From an uncultured Thalassospiraceae bacterium (lineage in GTDB: Bacteria; Pseudomonadota; Alphaproteobacteria; Rhodospirillales; Casp-alpha2), in assembly GCA_964344215.1 (NCBI GenBank), contig CAYFMP010000010.1, positions 7,446 through 71,445 of the forward strand: a DNA stretch of 64,000 bases. Direction: 5' to 3'. Positions 18,255-26,069 of the stretch are shown piece by piece. The notes beneath the pieces were generated by a model. The model worked only from the letters and a program-made list of their open reading frames with translations. It was not told the DNA's origin and searched no databases. Numbering within the stretch: the stretch's first letter is position 1; each line of letters opens with the position of its first letter. A program made the translations under genes and the position numbers.

Positions 18255-19103
18255 ATGAGCGAGACATTCCGAATCGCCTGCGTACAGAACCGGGGCCAGG
18301 CGGACATGGCGGCGAGCCTGGACGAGGCCGAGGACCTTTCGGGCCGCGCCGCCGCCGACGGCGCCGAGATCATCCTGTTGCCCGAGTTCTTCTCGTGCCT
18401 CGACGTCGGGGCCGACCGCTTCGAAGTCGGCGCCACCGAGGAAGCCGGCCATCCGGCGCTGCAGCGATTTTCCGGGTTCGCGCGCGACCGCGGCGTCTGG
18501 GTGCTGCTCGGTTCGCTCGCCGTGACCACGGCCGAGGGCAAAATCCTCAACCGCTCCATTCTGCTCGACGGTTCAGGTGCCGTCGTCGCCCGCTACGACA
18601 AGATCCACCTGTTCGATGTCGACCTGGCTGGCGGCGAGAGTTACCGCGAGTCGGACACCGTCGAAGCCGGCGACGAGGCGGTGCTGGCGCCGACGCCGTG
18701 GGGGCTGATGGGCTTGACCATCTGCTACGACCTGCGCTTCGCGCACCTGTATCGGGCGTTGGCCCAGGCCGGGGCGCTGTTCCTGACGGTGCCGGCGGCG
18801 TTTACCAAGACGACCGGCGAGGCTCACTGGCACACGCTGTTGAGGGCGCGGGCCATCGAGACCGGCTCCTTCGTGTTCGCACCGTGCCAATGGGGCAGGC
18901 ACGGCGACGGCGAGACCTACGGTCATTCGCTGATCATCGATCCATGGGGGCGGGTACTGGCCGACGCCGGCACCGATGGCGGCTTCGTCGTCGCCGATAT
19001 CGACCCGGCTCTGGTCGCCGAGGCCCGCGCCATGATCCCGGCCCTCAAGCACGACCGCCCGTACGCGGCACCGGCGCCGGCCACCCTCGAGCGGGTCGGC
19101 TAA
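18255..19103 (+). CDS. Carbon-nitrogen hydrolase (nitrilase superfamily, Nit/YbeM-like)
   Basis: 282 aa from the ATG at 18255 (GGAGGA upstream). Glu-Lys-Cys triad contexts LLPEFF, YDKIHLF, TICYDLRF. Confidence 0.85.
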   Translation: MSETFRIACVQNRGQADMAASLDEAEDLSGRAAADGAEIILLPEFFSCLDVGADRFEVGATEEAGHPALQRFSGFARDRGVWVLLGSLAVTTAEGKILNRSILLDGSGAVVARYDKIHLFDVDLAGGESYRESDTVEAGDEAVLAPTPWGLMGLTICYDLRFAHLYRALAQAGALFLTVPAAFTKTTGEAHWHTLLRARAIETGSFVFAPCQWGRHGDGETYGHSLIIDPWGRVLADAGTDGGFVVADIDPALVAEARAMIPALKHDRPYAAPAPATLERVG

Positions 19104-19106
19104 GGG
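19086..19106. repeat. Direct repeat copy 1 (3' end of the nitrilase-family gene)
   Basis: ctcgagcgggtcggctaaggg, identical to 19888-19908. Confidence 0.9.
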
Positions 19107-19127
19107 CGGAAAGAACCCCACCGCAGC

Positions 19128-19799
19128 ATGGACTCTCTGTTGATTTTCGACTTCGACGGAGTCGTCGCCGACAGCGAAGCGTTGGCCAACACCGTGCTGG
19201 CCGAGGTGGTCTCGGAACTCGGCATGCCGACGACGCTGGAGGATGCCTACGACCGCTATATGGGAAAACGGTTTGCCGAGGTGATTTCTGAAATCGAGGT
19301 TGTCACCGGCAGAACGCTGCCCGCGACTTTCGCCGACGATTTCCAGGCTAGGATGCTGGACAGATTTCGAAGCGATCTGAAGACGGTAGAAGGCGCCGAG
19401 ATCTATATCGAAACTTTCTCGCATGTTCCGAAATGCATCGCTTCCTCCTCTTCACCGGATCGTCTCGCCGTCAGCCTCGATGTCCTCGGGTTGAGCGAGA
19501 CATTCGGGCCGCACGTTTACAGCGCCTCGTTGGTGCCTCGCGGCAAACCCCATCCCGATATTTTCCTCCACGCGGCGGCGCAGGTCGGGGTCGAGCCGGC
19601 CCGCGCGGTGGTCATCGAAGACAGTGTCTTGGGAGTCGAGGCCGGGATTGCCGCCGGCATGACCGTGATCGGAGTTCTGGCCGCGTCGCATATTCGGGAC
19701 GGGCATGGCGAACGCCTTTCCGCCTCCGGCGCGCACCATGTTGCAGAGAACTTCGAGGAGGTGACGAGGCTTACCCACGGCATCCTGGCCGAATTCTGA
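19128..19799 (+). CDS. HAD-superfamily hydrolase (subfamily IA, phosphatase/beta-PGM-like)
   Basis: 223 aa. Motif I LIFDFDGVVADSE, motif II SSSS, motif III/IV K...EDSVLGVEAGIAAGM. Confidence 0.85.
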   Translation: MDSLLIFDFDGVVADSEALANTVLAEVVSELGMPTTLEDAYDRYMGKRFAEVISEIEVVTGRTLPATFADDFQARMLDRFRSDLKTVEGAEIYIETFSHVPKCIASSSSPDRLAVSLDVLGLSETFGPHVYSASLVPRGKPHPDIFLHAAAQVGVEPARAVVIEDSVLGVEAGIAAGMTVIGVLAASHIRDGHGERLSASGAHHVAENFEEVTRLTHGILAEF

Positions 19800-19887
19800 T
19801 CCCGCTCCGATGGATTCTTCCGTTCCGGCCTTCTTGGTGCGGCTCAGGACCGCGTTCAGCAGGACGTTGGCGCCGGTGCTGGCGACG

Positions 19888-19908
19888 CTCGAGCGGGTCG
19901 GCTAAGGG
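19888..19908. repeat. Direct repeat copy 2 (orphan copy of the nitrilase-family gene end)
   Basis: Exact 21-nt repeat of 19086-19106. The in-frame context APVLATLERVG-stop compares with APAPATLERVG-stop in copy 1. Confidence 0.9.
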
Positions 19909-19921
19909 TGTTCCGAACGAT

Positions 19922-20176
19922 TCAGGTCTCGGCCGTCTGCGGCTTTCCTATGGCGTTGCCGGATGCAACCTCTTCGGCCGGATAACGGTTGGAGCCGAAG
20001 CGGACGACCAGGACGGCGATCGCCAGCAGCAGGATTCCGCCGGTGACGATGAGGATGCGGACGTCCAGGCCGTGTTCGATGCTGATGAACCCGAACAGCA
20101 GCCGGGTCAGCACCGCCATCGCCATCTGGGCGCCCAGGCCGACCCGGGTTCGGGTTATCGCGCTGGCCGGTTCCAT
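19922..20176 (-). CDS. Possible small two-TM membrane protein (84 aa)
   Basis: Two hydrophobic segments (MAMAVLTRLLFGFISI, ILIVTGGILLLAIAVLVV). No recognisable family. Weak. Confidence 0.3.
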   Translation of the reverse strand: MEPASAITRTRVGLGAQMAMAVLTRLLFGFISIEHGLDVRILIVTGGILLLAIAVLVVRFGSNRYPAEEVASGNAIGKPQTAET

Positions 20177-20433
20177 CGAGCCCAGGTCCTACGTCATTCC
20201 GTGGAACCTGAGGCTGGCCGAGAAGCTGGAGGACGCCGTCGACGACGCCGTCCGCAAGAACTCGACGATCATTCTCAAGGACCCCTTCTATCGGCGCAGC
20301 TTCGAGGAATGGGGCGACCTCAACGTCGAAATCGTGCCGCCGCCGCTGCCGCCGCAGAAAAAACCGCTACTGCCGCCGCGCGTCTTCAATCCGCGCAAGG
20401 GCAGCATCCGAGCCGCCGCCGCCGGCCGGCCGG
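20170..20433 (+). pseudogene. Start-less coding-like fragment
   Basis: Protein-like translation SYVIPWNLRLAEKLEDAVDDAVRKNSTIILKDPFYRRSFEEWGDLNVEIVPPPLPPQKK with no ATG/GTG/TTG at its 5' end. The frame then runs antisense into the next gene. Confidence 0.25.
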
Positions 20434-21678
20434 TCAGTCCGAGGGCTGCCGTTCGGCCCGGGTCAACAGCGCGTGCAACAGCACGTTGCACCCCGCTTCG
20501 CAATCCTCGGGCGTGGCGTTCTCGATCTCGTTGTGGCTGATGCCGTCCTCGCACGGCACGAAGATCATGCCGGTCGGCGCGATGCCGGCCATGAAGACGG
20601 CGTCGTGGCCGGCGCCCGACACGATCTCCATGTGATCAAGGCCATGCGCCTCGGCGCCCTCGGCGACGGCGGCGACGCAGGCCGGGTCGAACGGCGTTGG
20701 CGGGAAATCCCAGAAATCGACGACGTCGATCTCGACCCGGGTTTCATCGGCGGCGGCCGTCGCGAACGCCTTCAGCTCGGCGTCCATCTTGAGCAACGTC
20801 GCTTCCTCCGGGTGACGGAAGTCGACGGTCAGGAAGACGCTGCCCGGAATGACGTTGCGCGAATTGGGGCTGACCCGCATGTGGCCGACCGTGGCGCAGG
20901 CGTTGGGCGCATGGGCGTGACCGATGCGGTTGACCTCGCCGACCACTCTCGACGCCCCGAGCAGCGCATCGCGGCGGACCGGCATCGGCGTCGGGCCGGC
21001 GTGCGACTCGCGACCCGTCACCGTGACCTCGTACCAGCGCTGTCCCTGAGCGGCGGTGACGACACCGATGGTCTTCTCCTCCGCCTCTAGGATCGGCCCT
21101 TGTTCGATGTGCAGCTCGAAATAGGCGCCGGCCTCGTGGCCGGTGGCTGGGCGGTCGCCGTCGTAGCCGATGCGGGCCAGTTCCGAGCCCAGCACCAGAC
21201 CGTCGACGTCACGGGCCGCCTTGATGTCGCCCAAGTCGAAGACGCCGGCGTAGACGCCGGACCCCATCATCGCCGGCGAGAACCGCGAGCCTTCCTCGTT
21301 GGTCCAGCACACGACCTCGATGGGGGCGGCGGTTTTGACGGCGTGGTCGTTCAGGGTGCGGATCGCCTCGAGCCCGGCCAGCACGCCGAGGACGCCGTCG
21401 AAGCGGCCGCCGGTCGGCTGGGTGTCGAGGTGACTGCCGGCCATGACCGGCGGCAGTGTCGCATCGGCGCCCTCGCGGCGGGCGAAGATGTTGCCGACGG
21501 CGTCGACCTCGACCGTGCAGCCGGCCTCGTTGCACCACTCGACGAAGAGATCGCGGCCCTGCTTGTCGAGATCGCTCAAGGCGAGCCGGCAATTGCCGCC
21601 CTTGTCGGTGGCGCCAACCTCGGCCATCTCCATCAGGCTGCGCCACAGCCGGTCCCCGTCGATGCGGATGTTCCTCAA
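20434..21678 (-). CDS. N-carbamoyl-L-amino-acid hydrolase / allantoate amidohydrolase family (M20 peptidase fold)
   Basis: 414 aa from the TTG at 21676-21678, which overlaps the upstream stop (cCTTGAgg). RIDGDRLWRSLMEMAEVG, AGSHLDTQPTGGRFDGVLGVLAGLEA, WTNEEGSRF. Confidence 0.85.
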   Translation of the reverse strand: MRNIRIDGDRLWRSLMEMAEVGATDKGGNCRLALSDLDKQGRDLFVEWCNEAGCTVEVDAVGNIFARREGADATLPPVMAGSHLDTQPTGGRFDGVLGVLAGLEAIRTLNDHAVKTAAPIEVVCWTNEEGSRFSPAMMGSGVYAGVFDLGDIKAARDVDGLVLGSELARIGYDGDRPATGHEAGAYFELHIEQGPILEAEEKTIGVVTAAQGQRWYEVTVTGRESHAGPTPMPVRRDALLGASRVVGEVNRIGHAHAPNACATVGHMRVSPNSRNVIPGSVFLTVDFRHPEEATLLKMDAELKAFATAAADETRVEIDVVDFWDFPPTPFDPACVAAVAEGAEAHGLDHMEIVSGAGHDAVFMAGIAPTGMIFVPCEDGISHNEIENATPEDCEAGCNVLLHALLTRAERQPSD

Positions 21679-23234
21679 GGCCGCATCCGCTCGCGCGGCA
21701 GCTTGATGTCGAAACGCTCGCGGATCTCGGCGTCGAGCTCGGGAGCGATGTGTTCCGGATAGTGGGTGGAGAGGATCTCGGCTACCCGGTCGCGCGCCTT
21801 CTGGACGACGTCGGTCGAGCCGATCTCGACCCATTCCTTCGGACTGGTGCGATCGCCGACCGTTGGGTACTCGAAATCCGACTGCATGCGCTGCATGGTC
21901 TGATCGTGGCTCAGAAAATGGCCGGGGCCGTCGAGGCAGACCTGGCGGATGGTTTCGACCGACAGGCTGTCGTCGGTGACCTCGATGCCGCGCACCGAGC
22001 GCAGCACGCCGCCGAGCATGTCGTTGTCGATGACCAGGCTTTCCGGACAAAAACCCAACAGGCTGGCGTGCATGCCGGCCGATTCGTAGATCAGGTTGGC
22101 GCCGGAATTGCCGACCAGGGAAGCGGTATAGCCCTTCTCGTAGCCCGATTGCGCGTCGGGAACCTTGGAGTCCGTCATGCCGGCGGCGACGCTGCCGGTC
22201 AGGTCGTAGAAGTTCAGCATCTGGGCGCAGGCCGAACTGAGCAAGGATTGCTCGCCGCTGCCGGCGCTCAGCATGCCGGTGCGCAGATCGGAGACGAAAG
22301 GCCAGGCGCCCATCATGCAAGGATGGCCGGGCGACAGCAGGTTGACGTAAACGACGGCGGCCAGCACCTCGGCCACGCACTGAACGACGGCGCCGGCCAG
22401 CGGCGCCGGCGCCGTCGCCCCGGCCTGTCCGGCCGACAGCAGCAGTACCGGCATGCCGCCGCGCACGGCCGCCTCCATGCATTCGCAGGTTTCCTCGGCG
22501 AACTTCAGCGGCGGCACCACGTAACAACTCGACATGCTGACGAACGGACGCGCCCGCCACTCCGCCTCGCCGCCGGCCACCATGTGCAGCATGGCCAGGG
22601 TCTCGTCGACGTGATCGGGGCTGACCCACGAGGTGCCGATGTGTTTCTGGGTGGCGGCGATCGCCGCGTAGCAGGTGTTGATGTCGAGGTCGCGGTTGTC
22701 GGTCATGTCGCGGGCGACGACCGAGCGCTGGAAGAAGTGGATGTTGTCCATGCAATCGACGATGCGACCGACATCGTAGAGGTCGGCCAGGGTCGATTCC
22801 CGGTACTCGCCGCTGAGCGCGTCGACCATATGGACGGCGGCGCCGCCGGTGCCGAAATAGACCCGTTTGCCCGAAGGCTCCATGTCGTGGGCCGGGTCGC
22901 GGCCGTGCAGGGTGAAGTTGCGCCCCGCCACGGCCAGCATGTCCTCGACCAGGCCGCGCGGGAACAGCAGGCGCCCGTCCTCGGTCAGGCTGCCGCCGGC
23001 GCCGGTGACCAGTTCGATGCAGCTCGGGATGGCGCGGTCGAAGCCGACCTGTTCGAGGACATCGAGGGCGGCGTGATGGATGCGCTGGACTTCGGCGTCG
23101 GTCAGCGGCTTATAGAGGCCGCCTTCGAGGCCCGGACGGACGGCGCGCAACTCGGCCGTCGGCGGAGCCGCTCTCAACTCGTGGCGGGCGCTGCGTCCAC
23201 CGCGCCGCTTGGTTGTCGCTTGATCCGGGGCCAT
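21675..23234 (-). CDS. MttB-superfamily (trimethylamine methyltransferase-like, non-Pyl) protein
   Basis: 519 aa from the ATG at 23232-23234 (GGAG 6 nt upstream). LTDAEVQRIHHAALDVLEQVGF near the N-terminus, and a length typical of MttB family members. Confidence 0.8.
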   Translation of the reverse strand: MAPDQATTKRRGGRSARHELRAAPPTAELRAVRPGLEGGLYKPLTDAEVQRIHHAALDVLEQVGFDRAIPSCIELVTGAGGSLTEDGRLLFPRGLVEDMLAVAGRNFTLHGRDPAHDMEPSGKRVYFGTGGAAVHMVDALSGEYRESTLADLYDVGRIVDCMDNIHFFQRSVVARDMTDNRDLDINTCYAAIAATQKHIGTSWVSPDHVDETLAMLHMVAGGEAEWRARPFVSMSSCYVVPPLKFAEETCECMEAAVRGGMPVLLLSAGQAGATAPAPLAGAVVQCVAEVLAAVVYVNLLSPGHPCMMGAWPFVSDLRTGMLSAGSGEQSLLSSACAQMLNFYDLTGSVAAGMTDSKVPDAQSGYEKGYTASLVGNSGANLIYESAGMHASLLGFCPESLVIDNDMLGGVLRSVRGIEVTDDSLSVETIRQVCLDGPGHFLSHDQTMQRMQSDFEYPTVGDRTSPKEWVEIGSTDVVQKARDRVAEILSTHYPEHIAPELDAEIRERFDIKLPRERMRP

Positions 23235-23380
23235 GGCCGGCTCCAAGCCGTTGTTCTGAATCGGATTTGAACCGAAGTTTTTTTCCGCTGCAACAAAATT
23301 CGTCATGCTTTGAAAAACCCTTGTGCGCCGCTGCCGGCATTCGTTTACTGGAGGTCTCGGAACCGGCATTCGCACCACCC

Positions 23381-24037
23381 ATGACCACGCTCGTTTTGGC
23401 CGCCACCGTCTTCGTCATCACCCACCTGCTGCCGGCGGTCGGGCCGTTGCGCGCCGCCCTCGTCAACGGCTTGGGCTTTCGACTCTATATGACGCTGTAC
23501 TCGCTGCTCAGCCTCGCCGCCATCGTCTGGCTGGGCTGGGCGTACGCCGATGCGCCGTATCTGGAGGTGTGGCCGCAGACGGCACCTGGCCGCTGGGTGC
23601 CGGCCCTCGTCATGCCGGTCGCCTGCTGGCTATGGGTGGCCGGCCTGAGTTCGCCGAATCCGTTTTCTCTCAGTTTGGCCGCCGGCGACCTCGACCTTGC
23701 CCGGCCCGGCATCGTCGCCGTGACCCGTCATCCGGCGGTCTGGGCCTTTGTCCTGTGGGCGGCGGCCCATATCGTGCCGAACGGCGATCAAGCCAGCCTC
23801 GTCCTGTTCGGCCTGTTGACGGCGTTGAGCCTGGCCGGCATCGCCAGCCTCGACCACAAGCGGCGCGCCAAGATGGGAGCGGAAGAATGGGAACGGAAAG
23901 CGGCGGCGGCGCGGCGGACGGCGAGGGCGACGGCGCTGGCCCAGATCGGATGGAAGCAATGGCTCGGCTCGGCCGCCCTCTACGGCCTGCTGTTCGCCGT
24001 TCACGAGCCGCTGCTCGGCGTCGCGGCTACGCCTTGA
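23381..24037 (+). CDS. NnrU-family membrane protein
   Basis: 218 aa from the ATG at 23381, multi-TM. TRHPAVWAFVLWAAAHIVPNGD motif. Confidence 0.72.
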   Translation: MTTLVLAATVFVITHLLPAVGPLRAALVNGLGFRLYMTLYSLLSLAAIVWLGWAYADAPYLEVWPQTAPGRWVPALVMPVACWLWVAGLSSPNPFSLSLAAGDLDLARPGIVAVTRHPAVWAFVLWAAAHIVPNGDQASLVLFGLLTALSLAGIASLDHKRRAKMGAEEWERKAAAARRTARATALAQIGWKQWLGSAALYGLLFAVHEPLLGVAATP

Positions 24038-24209
24038 GGATGGCGGCCGCCGCTTGATCCCGGTCAAGCCGGAACCGGGCCTCCCTTAACTCTCTGTTAG
24101 GGTCGCGGCGATACCCTTACCCGGAGTGTGGGAAATGGGTTGGAGCGCGATCCGGCCGATCGGACCATTCGACCGGATGGCGCTCTCGAGGACAGGTGGG
24201 AGTCGAACC

Positions 24210-25187
24210 ATGTCGATCACCGAACGCATAGACAACATCACGCGCATACCGGCCGAGTACCGCTCGGCCCTGCCGCCGCCGCCGAAAAGCGTCAAGATAG
24301 AGCTGACGGCGCGCTGCGACTATCAATGTTTCTTCTGCGCCACCGGCTACAAGCTGCGCCAGAAAAGCGACATCGATTGGGATTTCTATCGGCGGATCGT
24401 CCGCGAGATGCGCGACGCCGGGGTCGAGGAGCTGGGCGTCTTCTATCTCGGCGAATCGTTCCTCTACAAGAGGCTGCCCGAGGCCATCCGCTATGCCAAG
24501 AAGGAGGTCGGTTTCCCGTACGTGTTCCTGACCACCAACGGGCGGATGACGGTGGCCGAGCGGGTCCGCGCGTGCATGGAGGCCGGACTGGACAGCCTCA
24601 AGTTCTCGTTCAACTGGGCCGACCCTGAGCAATGCCTGGAGATCACCCGTGTCGACGCCTTCGACACGGTGGTCCACAACATCCAGGAAGCGCGTCGGGT
24701 GCGCGACGAGGTCGAGGCGGCGACCGGACACCGCTGCGGCCTCTACGCGTCTTCGATCCACTACGACGGCGAGCAGCAGCAGCGCATGGAACGGGCCGTC
24801 GCCATGATCGAACCTTACGTCGACGAGCACTACTGGCTGCCGCTCTACGGCCAGGCCGGTCTGACCGCCGGCGCCCGCGGCACCAGGCCGGTCGCCGGCA
24901 ACGTCGGCCGCGCCGGCAACATGCGCGACCCGCTGCCGTGCTGGGCTGTGTTCACGGAGGGCCACATCACGTTTGACGGCCACCTGTCGGCCTGCTGCTT
25001 CGACCACGACGGCCGTTTCAACATGGGCGACCTCAACGAGCAGTCGTTCCTGGAGGCCTGGAACAGCGTCGCCTTTCAGAAGCTGCGGCGGGCCAATTTG
25101 GAAAAGGACGTCGCCGGCACCGCGTGTGAGTCCTGCATCGCCTATCAGGACCACATCGTCGACGCGCCGCAGGCGATCAGCGCTTAA
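24210..25187 (+). CDS. Radical SAM enzyme with a C-terminal SPASM/twitch-like Cys cluster
   Basis: 325 aa from the ATG at 24210. CDYQCFFC (CxxxCxxC). C-terminal CWAVF...LSACCFDHDG...GTACESC. Confidence 0.85.
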   Translation: MSITERIDNITRIPAEYRSALPPPPKSVKIELTARCDYQCFFCATGYKLRQKSDIDWDFYRRIVREMRDAGVEELGVFYLGESFLYKRLPEAIRYAKKEVGFPYVFLTTNGRMTVAERVRACMEAGLDSLKFSFNWADPEQCLEITRVDAFDTVVHNIQEARRVRDEVEAATGHRCGLYASSIHYDGEQQQRMERAVAMIEPYVDEHYWLPLYGQAGLTAGARGTRPVAGNVGRAGNMRDPLPCWAVFTEGHITFDGHLSACCFDHDGRFNMGDLNEQSFLEAWNSVAFQKLRRANLEKDVAGTACESCIAYQDHIVDAPQAISA

Positions 25188-25349
25188 GAGATGCTTCCGA
25201 TCGGTTGGCATCGGCGGCCGGTTCCGACCGATCGGATCGCACCTCTCCAGCACATCGAAAATCCGAGCAAGGACATCCGACGAACTTGAACCCGGGTGGT
25301 TCGGTTCGTTCGGATACGGCTCGAGACCGCGTTCAGGCGTCGAAAGCTC

Positions 25350-26069
25350 TCAGCGGATCTTGGCGAGAAGCTGCTTGGCCTGCTGCACGCATCCGAATTT
25401 CGCCATCCATACCACCCTGTAAGCGTCGGACTGCAGATTGCCGGGAGCCACGAAGATCGTCAGGCGGCTGGCCGTGACCGAGCCTTTGAGCCGGGCCATG
25501 AACTTGGCGCCGTCCTCGAGAGTGACTTTCTCCGGCCAATCGACGGTGGCGGCGCCGGCCGGCCAGGACACCGACGATTTGCTGCGGTCGGTGAGGTTGC
25601 GCAGCGACAGCTTGGTCTTCCTACCGGCCTTCGAGCGCCACAGCTTGACCGGTCTGCCGGCGTTCACGCAGTGATTGCCGGAGCGGGTGATATCGACCAC
25701 CCACGGGTCGTCCGGAGCTTCCGGCGGCTTGGCGGCGCGCATGGTGCCGAGCTCCCCGGTTTCCTTGCCCGCCCCGGTCAGCAAACCGGAAAGAGACGCC
25801 ACCAGGTTGCCGCCGTCGGCGCCGCCGCCGCCGGCCTCGACCGGGCCCGACCGTGGTCCGGCGAGAGTCATCGGCGTGCCGGCTTCGGTAATCAGCGTCA
25901 CTTCGGCGCCGGCCGGCACATCGAGCGCGGCACCGGATTTGAATACCTGGCCGGCTTTGATGTCGGGCGCCGTACTGGCGATGACGACCATGTCGCCGGC
26001 CAGCGCCGCGCCGGCGAAGCCAATGAAGACGATGAAGAGGAGAAAGACCAATCCGCGGGATACCATCAC
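25350..26069 (-). CDS. Secreted FecR-like / unknown two-domain protein coupled to the CHASE2 cyclase
   Basis: 239 aa with a signal peptide (LVFLLFIVFIGFAGAALA). The start (GTG 26069 or ATG 26066) overlaps the cyclase stop. The N-terminal beta-rich segment resembles FecR-type domains, a weak call. Confidence 0.6.
   Translation of the reverse strand: MMVSRGLVFLLFIVFIGFAGAALAGDMVVIASTAPDIKAGQVFKSGAALDVPAGAEVTLITEAGTPMTLAGPRSGPVEAGGGGADGGNLVASLSGLLTGAGKETGELGTMRAAKPPEAPDDPWVVDITRSGNHCVNAGRPVKLWRSKAGRKTKLSLRNLTDRSKSSVSWPAGAATVDWPEKVTLEDGAKFMARLKGSVTASRLTIFVAPGNLQSDAYRVVWMAKFGCVQQAKQLLAKIR

Noticed and set aside
21679-22755. N-terminal 359-aa extension of the carbamoylase ORF (the 773-aa ORF 20434-22755).
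   Set aside because: The extension is an Arg/Gly-rich shadow frame lying inside the MttB-family gene. The conserved carbamoylase N-terminus (RIDGDRLW) begins right after the TTG at 21678.
13603-23270. Other long ORFs in the track: 13603-14550 minus, 14271-15107 plus, 15880-17265 plus, 18026-19291 plus, 19433-20635 plus, 21456-23270 plus.
   Set aside because: All overlap better-supported genes in another frame or strand. All have Arg/Pro/Gly-dominated, motif-free translations.
24186-24212. tRNA T-loop-like sequence on the minus strand (GGTTCGACTCCCACCTGTCC), possibly a tRNA or an integrase att-site fragment.
   Set aside because: I could not build a T-stem, acceptor stem or the rest of a cloverleaf. 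The segment doubles as the SD region and start of the radical SAM gene.
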